This document shows positions 26,008 to 35,207 of a DNA stretch of 64,000 nt, one piece after another. The notes beneath the pieces were generated by a model, which had not been told where the DNA came from, made no database searches, and saw only the letters and a program-made list of their open reading frames with translations. A program made the translations under genes and the position numbers. Origin of the DNA: Octopus sinensis (lineage: Eukaryota); contig NC_042999.1 in assembly GCF_006345805.1 (NCBI RefSeq), positions 130,324,001-130,388,000 on the forward strand, written 5' to 3'. The number at the start of each line of letters is the position of its first letter. Position 1 is the first letter of the stretch.

Positions 26008-26581
26008 GTATATTTGTATTAAAATTTTGGACATAGAAAGTACAATTAAGTTTCTTGCATCGTTGTGATTAATTTATATCTCATCAGTATGCTGTAATGA
26101 ATCAATGCGTTTAGTGTAAAGATAATATGAATTGGTGACCAGCTATTAAATGCCAAATTCTAACATTTCGCTTTATAATATAAAAATGTAACAAATCAAA
26201 ATCATTTTACAAGAAACTGGAGTTTGCAATTACCATTTTGTTACATCAATATTATATCACATTCCTTTCATCCTAAAACAAACAATTCTGGCAAATTTCG
26301 ATCTCTTCTGACATAAGTTTCACCTTCTGGATCTGAGAATGAAAGATCAAGGAAATGCTTCTATCGCGTAAATTAAGCCTTAAAATAATATTGTGTTCAT
26401 GTAATTTAGTTACTTTTCTTGCATTAGTGGTTTGGAAAATTCAACTAAGTCATTCGAAATTAGTGACTTGGATGAATCTGCTTCTAAATCACAGTCTTAA
26501 TATTTGCTTCTACATCCAACCTTTTCCTTTTCTTTCTTTCTTTTTGTTGTGTCTGGGGAGAGTCATTCTCTTTTAGTGCCT

Positions 26582-27060
26582 TACTAGCAGTATAGCCCAG
26601 CGCTGCCCGGGATTAAGTTAGGATTATTAAGCTAATCAAGCGCTTTGTTTCAAACCAAACTAAGTAACACCGACGTCAAATTTGAGCGAAATCTGTTGAA
26701 ATTGGTAAACGTTTGGCTGAAAATAGATTGCAGACAATTTGATTGGGAAATCCATAAGGAATCGTTTTATCAATTTTTTCACTCATCGATTGTTATTTTT
26801 GGGGGGAGGATTTAAAGCATTCAAAGATTCCATGAGTTCTAAGTAACGCCGGCATCAAGTCTGAACAAAACTGGTAAAAGTTATGGTTGAACACAGGGTG
26901 TAGCCAATTTTAGTGGGACATTCTATAAGGAATTGGTTTATTGATTTTTCATCCTGATTGAATGGAAAACCCCATAAGGAATCATTATATTGGTTTTTCA
27001 TCCCAAATAGGACTTAACCGAACACAGCATTGCTGATTCAAAAAATCTATATTTATACTT
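26582..27060 (+). mobile_element. Non-autonomous Helitron-like element (ACTAG...CCCAGCGCTGCCCGGG head), right end uncertain
   Basis: The head tactagcagtatagcccagcgctgcccggg resembles Lep1-type Helitron starts, and there are internal repeats of ccataaggaatc. No 3' CTAG was located. Confidence 0.45.
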
Positions 27061-27100
27061 TAAAGTTGGTTTTCATATCCAACCCAGTTCTGCAGAATCA

Positions 27101-27636
27101 ATGTCATGATGGGAACGCATGGGTTGGGAGTTTGACCGGCAGAGGTGATCAGGTTGCACATGCCGGCCCTTTCGAACCCTACCCCCATCATCTAACCCCT
27201 CCCCATTGGACCATGGGATGGGAGCCTATCCGGCAAGGAAAATAGAATGCCAAAAGGGCTCCCGATCCTCTGTGTCAGAAGAGGTTTTGTTCGGATCACA
27301 ACTAAGCCTTAACCTAAGCCTAAGTAACCTAGCGAAAGGGGACCCGGGAGCCTCTAAAAGGCAGCGACTAATCCCAATTTAGTCCTAACCCCTCCTAGGG
27401 GTACTATCAGTCAAGGCTGCATCGAAAATATGCATTAGAGAAGGTTGCATCGAAGATCTGCATTGGAGAATGTTGCATAGAAGGTTTGCATTGGAGATCT
27501 GCAGTGAAGAAAGTTGACTCAAAGATTTGGATTGGAAGCCTTCGAATCAACCTTCTCCAATGCAATTGGAGAAGGTTGATTCGAAGGTTTGCATTGGGGA
27601 TCCGGATTGGAGTAACTTAGGAAAACTCACCAACAA
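27101..27636. mobile_element. Unclassified GC-richer element with ~28-nt tandem repeats and a 23-bp-arm palindrome; TGT...ACA ends (possible solo LTR)
   Basis: TTGCATCGAAGATCTGCATTGGAGAAGG-like units at ~27416-27530; perfect palindrome 27539-27561 / 27565-27587; no TSD found. Confidence 0.4.
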
Positions 27637-28923
27637 CCTCAACAAAAAAAATAAGGGCCTGGCCCTTCTAGCCTAACTCTATCAGCAACTTGGCCAAGCA
27701 CTGATATCGGCCGAATGAGCATTGTTGTTGGAGAAGTCAGCATTGTCCAATAAAGAAGAGGAAGAGTCCATGAGTCATGCTGCCATGGTTTGAGAATATG
27801 TCTGGCCAATGCTTCCGTGTATATTTGCATCTGTGCACATAGTTAAATATGTGTATGTATCTGTGCGCAACTTTTCTTTCTGATTTTTTTTCTGATTCTT
27901 AGCTTATAACTAATATAAAGATAGCATGATTCATCGCCCCAGTATTCTATAAGTAAATACCCAGTGCAATCTTTATAGAAACCACCTTATAAGTAAATAA
28001 TTAAGTACAGCTATGAATATTTAACTAATTCTATGTAATCTTCCCTTTCTAATGTTGAAAATTGGTATATATACACGGTTTATTCTGGTTATAATATCAT
28101 TTTTAGTAATCTTAAATTTTATCTTCATGCAACATAACAATATTGTTTATATACAATCATCAATTGTACCCCATGATAACTTCCTCTGTATTAACATCAT
28201 AGGTTTTGTTAGCGACTTGCTCCTTTAACTGGTAATTAACATACTGATTTAGGATCTTCCCCTACCCAGCCTCCCTAAGCGTTCAGAATAATTTTTCCAT
28301 CGTCTTGACTTAACAACCCTCATCGTTTGTTTTTACTGTTTTGTTCTCATTGTTCTGTCTTTTACTGTTTTGTTCCCGCTGTCCTGTTTTTGTTACCAAA
28401 TTTTATTTAATTTGCTTTGCGGGAAGGATTGCTTCAATGAAGTCGCGTCTTGTCCATGCCATCGAAACGTGGAGTAGTTATCTCGTTTCTCTGTCCGAAA
28501 AAAAAATTCGTTTCTATATTCTTTTTATGTTTTCGTTTCTCATTGTGTTGAGCGTTTTTTTATGTCCTGTACCCATATATGCATGTTATACATATATATG
28601 TAGGTATGTACATATATGTATGTATATATGCATATATTTATATATTATTTATATTATTAATACATACATACATACATACCTCCTCACCACTATCCACACC
28701 GCCCTTGCCAGAGCACGTTCCGTAGACCGTGCATCTGCTCTCTCCCCCGAACCCGCCCTGTAGTCTCCCGCCTCCCTTTTCCCCTCACTTACCACCCCAC
28801 GACCCTACCTCTCCAACGCATTCTTCGAGCTTTCCGGCATCTCCAGTCCGACCCGTCCACTTCACACCTCTTCCCTAACCGACCCTCCCCTCCTTCGAAC
28901 GAGCCCATAACCTACGAGACCTT

Positions 28924-29379
28924 TTGGTCCACAGCTCCTTCCCTGACCCTACCTCCCAACCTGGCTCGTTCCCCTGCTCCCGCCCACGTTGCCGCACTTG
29001 CCCTTACCTCTCCAACACCACCCTCCTCACTGGCACCCATCATCGACCCTATCGCATCATCAACTCCTTCACCTGCACCTCAAGCAATATCATCTATTGC
29101 ATCTCTTGCTCTCTCTGTCATTCCCTGTACATCGGACAAACGGGACGCCGCTTGGCTGACCGGTTCGCGGAACACCTCCGTGATATCCGCCTTGCCAACG
29201 ACACACCGGTCTCAAGCCATTTCCGCTCCACCGGTCACTCCTTGCAACACCTGTCTGTGTTCGGTTTGTCCTTGCACAGAGGCCATCCGGATTCCCGTTT
29301 GCGCCGTGAACAGGGATTAATCTTCTTTCTTCGCTCTTTTACGCCATTTGGTATCAACTCTCCCCCCCTCCTCATCTAA
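28924..29379 (+). pseudogene. GIY-YIG endonuclease domain of a Penelope-like retroelement (open frame, RT missing)
   Basis: PCSRPRCRTCPY (CxxxxCxxC), FTCTSSNIIYCISCSLCHSLYIGQTGRRLADRFAEH (IY...YIG..R...RF.EH), SSHF and terminal GIN are hallmark PLE endonuclease motifs. Confidence 0.92.
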
Positions 29380-29910
29380 CCTCCACCCCCCGACTGCTAC
29401 TTCTTTTCACCCCTACTCTCTTTCTCTCCTCTTCCCTTCTTCCCTCCTCTTCTTTCCTCTTTCTTCTTCCCTCTTCCCCTTCTCTCTTTCTCTCTGCTCC
29501 CTCACTCCCATTCTCCCCCCTCCTCTCCCCTCCTTTCCCATCCCCTCCTCTTCTCCTCTCATCCTCCCCCTCCTCCCTCCTCTTCTCTTTCCTTCTCCCC
29601 CTCTTTCCCCCTATCACCCTCCCCCTCATCTCTCCCCCTCAACTCCTCTCTCTACACTGCACCATACGACATTACACATCACATCATACATACGTACACA
29701 CGTCCAGACCTTTCATACGCTCTACATGCTCTCTCATACACACACACACCCTTATGTTGGGGCGAAGTCATTTGACCCTGTTATCTCCCCTACTTTCGCT
29801 CTCATATCTGATCTCTGACTTCTGGCCGGATTCAGATCGCCATGTTGAATCGCTAGCTTCTGCACGCATTTTTTTCTCTCCTTGTTTCTCTCCGTGTTTC
29901 TTTTCTGTGT

Positions 29911-29950
29911 ATCGTTCTGTTGAAGAGCGTAGGCTCGAAACGTAAAAGAC
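29911..29950 (+). ncRNA. Minimal type I hammerhead ribozyme motif, variant core (A6U)
   Basis: CUGUUGA-A-GAGC(GUAG)GCUC-GAAAC-GUA, with palindromic ACGU stem III and weak stem I. It lies downstream of a PLE ORF, where such motifs are expected. Confidence 0.6.
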
Positions 29951-30078
29951 TTGTTTTATTTATATTCCTGAGCGCCATACTAATACAATTGTTTGTTTGT
30001 ACTCCCCCTGCTTTCGTCTTTTGTTTATTTTCATAAAGCTTCCCGTTACATATATACATATATACATACATATATATA

Positions 30079-30159
<81 letters not shown>

Positions 30160-30294
30160 CGCATATATATATGTATATATGCATATGCATATTTATATAT
30201 ACATATGTATATATGTATATTTACCTATATATGTGGATATATGTATTTGTATATATATGTGTATATATGTATATGGCTATATATATATGTATTA

Positions 30295-30846
30295 TGTCAG
30301 GTAACTTTCGAGTGCTACTAGTAACATGTAACCCAGTACAACCTGTTGCATGGTCGGGTCGTCGGCGACTAAACCGGCAACCCCACCAAGCTTGCTTGGT
30401 GAGGAGGGTGTTTATTGGACACCCTGCGGGATGAAAAACAAAACCCGTCAAAGGGCGGAGGAACTCTTGAGAGTCAACAGCCATCCAATAAATGTCTTAA
30501 GGCTGTATCATGCACGGGGACATAGAAATAATCGGACTGAATATCCGATCACGTGGTTAAACCATTGGGAGTGGAGGACTCCTAGCCTTTGTTAGGGCAT
30601 CCTTCTAGGAGAAGGTAACTCAGGTAACTGGGATAACTCCGACATAAAACCTGCGGCTCAGTGGTTACCGATGATGTTGACTTGTTCTTCTTTTCGGATT
30701 ATGGCTACTGTTGCTTAGTGAGTGGGATTGACTTAGTGCACAGCCTTTCCTCACTTTAAAAAAATCTTCTTGCACAGGCATTGCACGATAACAACATTGA
30801 TTAAGCTTCGTGCAATGGCCATATTCGATGACGAGGGCAGCCACCA
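30295..30846 (+). mobile_element. 552-bp structured non-coding element, copy 1, embedded in TA/TATG microsatellite
   Basis: Near-identical in extent to 56783-57322. TGTCAGG...GCCACCA ends. Contains ccttctaggagaaggtaactc...aaacc, reminiscent of RTE 5' UTRs. Confidence 0.85.
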
Positions 30847-31081
30847 TATAAATGTATATATATATGCATATATATGTATGTATGCATACGTATGTATATA
30901 TGCATACATATGTATATATAATATGTATATATACGCATATATATATATGTATATATGTATATATATATATGTATATATATATATATGTATATATGTATAT
31001 ATATGTATGTATATATATATATAAATATGTATATATATATATATATAAATATGTACTTTATATATATATGTAAATATATAC

Positions 31082-31165
<84 letters not shown>

Positions 31166-31175
31166 GTGTGTGTGT

Positions 31176-31337
31176 AGGTGCCGGGTTGAGTCGGGGTAAC
31201 CACAGTAAATAAGGTACTCAATACATAGCAGAGTAAATTAATTTATTTTATAGAAGGAGTTTCTACAGGACTAGAACTGATGATTTCATTTGAATGAAAC
31301 AGTTCTAGTCCTGTAGAAGCTCCTTCTATAAAATAAA
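31176..31337. mobile_element. Hammerhead-containing fold-back element, copy 1
   Basis: Arms 31242-31279 / 31300-31337 (1 mismatch). Plus-strand core CUGAUGA(31277-83)-UUUC AUUU GAAU-GAAACAG UUCUAGUC CUGUA GAAGC. The flank 31176-31250 is the reverse complement of 49980-50056. Confidence 0.88.
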
Positions 31338-31353
31338 AATATATATATAAATA

Positions 31354-31400
<47 letters not shown>

Positions 31401-31415
31401 ATATATATATAAATA

Positions 31416-31471
<56 letters not shown>

Positions 31472-31628
31472 TGTACTTTATATATGTAAATATATACGTA
31501 TATATATTAATATATATATATGTATATACATATATGCATATATGTGTATATACATATATGTATATGTATATATGTATGTATATGTATATGTATATATACG
31601 TATACATATATGTATATATATATATATG

Positions 31629-31681
<53 letters not shown>

Positions 31682-31706
31682 ATACATATATATATATATA
31701 TATATA

Positions 31707-31935
31707 CTCCTTTACTCTTTTATTTGCTTCAGTCATTTGACTGTGGCTATGCTGGAGCACCACTTTAGTCGAGCAAATCGACACCAGGACTTATTCTTTG
31801 TAAGCCTAGTACTTATTCTATCGGTGTCTTTGCCGAACCGCTAGATTACGGGGTGGTAAGCACACCAGCATCGGCTGTCAAGCGATGTTGTAGGGACAAA
31901 GACAGACGCACAAACATATACACACACATACATAT

Positions 31936-32001
<66 letters not shown>

Positions 32002-32175
32002 ATACATATATATGACGGGTTTCTTTCAGTTTCCATCTATTAAATCCACTCAGAAGGCTTTGGTCTACCCGCGGTTATAGTAGAAGACACTTGCCCAAGG
32101 TGCCACGCAGTGGGACTGAACCCGGAACCATGTGGTTGGTAAGCAAACTACTCACCACACAGCCACTCCTACGCC
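31707..32175 (-). mobile_element. SINE family A, full length
   Basis: Head ggcgtaggagtggctgtgtggtgagtag on the - strand through to the aaagagtaaagg tail, with an internal (TA)n. Confidence 0.9.
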
Positions 32176-32309
32176 TATATATGTATATATATGTATATAT
32201 ATGTATATATGTATACGTGTGTATATATATATACATGTGTGTGTGTATTTATATATATGTATATATATATGTATATATATGTGTGTATATATACATATAT
32301 ATATATGTG

Positions 32310-32359
<50 letters not shown>

Positions 32360-32397
32360 ATATATATATACGTATATATATATGTGTATATATATTT

Positions 32398-32428
<31 letters not shown>

Positions 32429-32815
32429 AGTGTGTGTGTCTGTGTGTGTGTCTGTGTGCGTGTCTGTGTGTGTGTCTGTGTGTGTGTGCGTGTGTGTGTG
32501 TCTGTGTGTGCGTTTATGCGCGTGTCTCTGGTTTGTGTTTCTCACCCACCATCGCTTGACAACCGATGTTGGTGTGTTTACGTCCACGTAACTTAGTTGT
32601 TCAGTCAAAATTATCCGGTAGCGTAAGTATTAGGTTTACAAAAAGTAATTCCTGTGGTCGATTTCTTCCATTTAAAAACCCTGAAGGCGGCGCAGACAAA
32701 TGACTGAAACAAGTAAAAGAATATAAACAGAATGCTATACACTAGGTTACCTCTGAATCTGATCCTAAAGGTGTTTATCACCGTCAACCTTTTTTCTATT
32801 TATTTTACCTAACTA

Positions 32816-33378
32816 TTGGTTTTTCCGGAAAGTTCGTGCCGATTTATAGTAGCTTACCTTTCGACTTATTTTAGAACATGATTAAGTCCATAAAATAGGA
32901 TTTGACTACACCTCCATTTAGAGCACAGTTTAAGCTATCTTTTCGTGAAAGGTTTATGTTCCTATAACCTGTGTTAATTCTGTAATACTTTAAAATGGAA
33001 GATAAGAAAGTTCATTTTCGGCACTTGATGCTTTGTGAACCAGACAAAAATTGCTGCAGCTCGGCTAGGATGTGTTGCCCCACCCTCCATATTCACTAGG
33101 TATTTCTCCTTCGGATTTCCACTTATTCAGGTCTCCGCAGAATAGTCTTAATGGTAAAAATTTCAATTCCTTGGATGACGTAAAAAGGTACCTTGGTGAA
33201 TTCATTCCCATGAAACCACCTCAATTCTGGGAATATGGTATTTTCAAGTTAAAGGGAAGATGGAGACGCATTGTGCAACACAATGGTCCATATTTGGTTA
33301 ATTAAAAATGTAATGGCAAGTATTTATTGACCTTTTTCTTTACTTTAAAAATCGGCATGAACTTTCCGGACAACCCAA
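32816..33378 (+). mobile_element. Internally deleted mariner transposon
   Basis: TIRs TTGGTTTTTCCGGAAAGTTCGTGCCGATTT / AAATCGGCATGAACTTTCCGGACAACCCAA and TA TSDs. N-terminal MEDKKVHFRHLM is fused to C-terminal HPPYSLGISPSDFHLFRS (YSPDLAPSD motif)...RWRRIVQHNGPY. Confidence 0.93.
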
Positions 33379-33772
33379 TATAAAATTGGACTCCAATGAA
33401 ACACGTGACAATCTATTCATTTATATCTTTGTTTACGCTACTTGGCCTGATTTTCTTTGTTTATTTAATCTATTGCCACATTGGTTTCTGGATTAGCCTT
33501 CTAATTATTACAACTAACGTCCTATCCTGATTGGCTACTAATTTTGTAGTAAATTATTCTGCAATTAGATCCATACTGCATTAGCAGAGTCTATTTATTT
33601 TGTATATTTTAGATATAAGCAAAATGTCTAATTCAGTATATTTCCATATTCCGAAAAAGTACATATATCTTTATATATGAGTGTTTTCAGCTAGAACCAA
33701 TTGTTAATTGGTCCTAGTTCTCTTTCTATTATTACAATATCATTTTATGGTTATTATTTCACCTCTTACTAG

Positions 33773-33830
33773 CATCCGGATGCCATGGAATGTCGGAGGG
33801 TCCCTTCGTTTTCAAGTCAACCGTTTCTAG
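33773..33830 (+). CDS. Candidate terminal exon C of the unrecognised micro-gene (C+IRMPWNVGGSLRFQVNRF*)
   Basis: Strong acceptor atttcacctcttactag; phase 2 matches exon B; TAG at 33828-33830, 216 nt from the stop of the convergent ZNF gene. Confidence 0.4.
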
Positions 33831-34046
33831 ACAACCCGAAACAGATGACAATTGCCAAGTATAGTCAAATACTCCAACTAAATAACAAACCTATACCGTA
33901 GAGTCGACTCACTGGAGCTCATCATAATTTTACGGCGCCCTTACAATCATGTACTCATAGAAGCAAATGCAAATTTCAAAAACAAAAGCAAAAGAAAAAC
34001 AACAACAAGTATAAATGTATAAATAAATAATTTCTTTTTATCAATT

Positions 34047-35163
34047 TCAACAGTCCGATGAATTAATTGAAAATTTTCTATATTTATAAGGTGCTTCAGG
34101 GTGTTTGCGCATGTGCCAATTTAAGGCATTTCGCTGACGACATCTATACTCACAAAAGTCACACTTTAGAGGTTTTTCGTCCTTGTGGATTAAGAGATGC
34201 ACTTTGAGATGTCGCTCTGCTGCAAACTCTTTCGTACATCCGGGCCACGAGCAACGAAATGCCCGGATGTTGAAGTGCTTTACGCGTACATGTTCTTGTA
34301 GATGAAAATTTTTCATAAATTTCTTGTTGCAGCCGTCATATATGCAAAAGAACTCTTTCATTTTGTCGTGCTGTTCGCGTATATGACGTGACAACTCCAT
34401 GTTATTCTGAAAGAACCTTGGGCAATCACCAATAGTGCACTGTACAGTACGGTCTAAATGTAACTTCCGATGATAACGGAGTGCTTTCGCAGAGTAAAGA
34501 ACTTTGTCGCAACTATCACACACATAATGGTTAGCAGGAGTTGTGGGACTGTTAGGATGAAATTTATTTCGATGGTCATAAAATTGTGTGAAAGTCCGAA
34601 ACTGTTCGACACATAGATCACACAGAATATTGCCATTTTGTATTTGCAGGCAGCAGCTGAAATCGTATTTTTGACTGGAGAAATGGGCATTGCATCGGTC
34701 ACATTCCATCGGTTCCGGTGGGTTACCGTCTTCAGTAACTTGGCTCTTTACCCAGAAGCATTGGTACTCCACCCCACATGACTGGCAAAAGAATCGCACG
34801 GGAACATGTTGCCTTTGATGCGAGACTTTTTCGTCTGAAGAGACAATGTCGTTGCAGATTTTACAGTGATAAAGCTCTTGGAAAAGATTTTTACCTGATG
34901 AAAACTCCAAGAAATCATCTTCTACCTGTCGGTCATCAGACGAATTTGAGTTGACGTCGTTACAGTGTAAAGACTTTGGGGGACTGTGAAGAACCTTTCC
35001 TTCCCTCTCTTTTGATACTTCGTTTCCGTCTTCTTCCTCTTCTGCATCTTGTTCTTCATCGTCTTCATCATCTTGTTCATGCAACTGAGTTGGTGAAAGC
35101 TTCAGCAGTGGTTGGTGTTGTTTCAGTGTCTGCAGCTGTTGCACATTTTGTAACTGCTGTTGT

Positions 35164-35207
<44 letters not shown>

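Larger units (their letters stand above)
28680..30050 (+). mobile_element. 5'-truncated Penelope-like element (RT thumb remnant, GIY-YIG endonuclease, pyrimidine-rich 3' region, pLTR with hammerhead motif) inserted in a TA/TACA microsatellite
   Basis: Frameshifted LPFPLTYHPTTLPLQRILRAFRHLQSDPSTSHLFP precedes the GIY-YIG ORF. The 3' tail tttgtactcc(c/a)cctgc(t/c)ttcgtcttttgtttatttt is shared with 51745-51797. Confidence 0.9.

Noticed and set aside
27416-27600. Short regularly spaced repeats suggesting a CRISPR array
   Set aside because: The units are contiguous and degenerate with no unique spacers, there are no cas genes, and the context is eukaryotic.
28430-28480. TGAAG...ATCGAAACGT motif upstream of the Penelope element
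   Set aside because: The CUGANGA box is absent (CAATGAA) and stem II is not convincing.
28924-29379. Selenocysteine recoding as reported for Naiad-type Penelope elements
   Set aside because: There is no in-frame TGA in the endonuclease frame; the cysteines are ordinary TGY codons.
30330-30420. Twister or HDV-like ribozyme at the 5' end of the 550-bp element
   Set aside because: GTAACC...GAGGAGGG and CTAA motifs are suggestive, but the twister GCCGGUCCCAAGCCCGG core and the HDV nested double pseudoknot could not be built.
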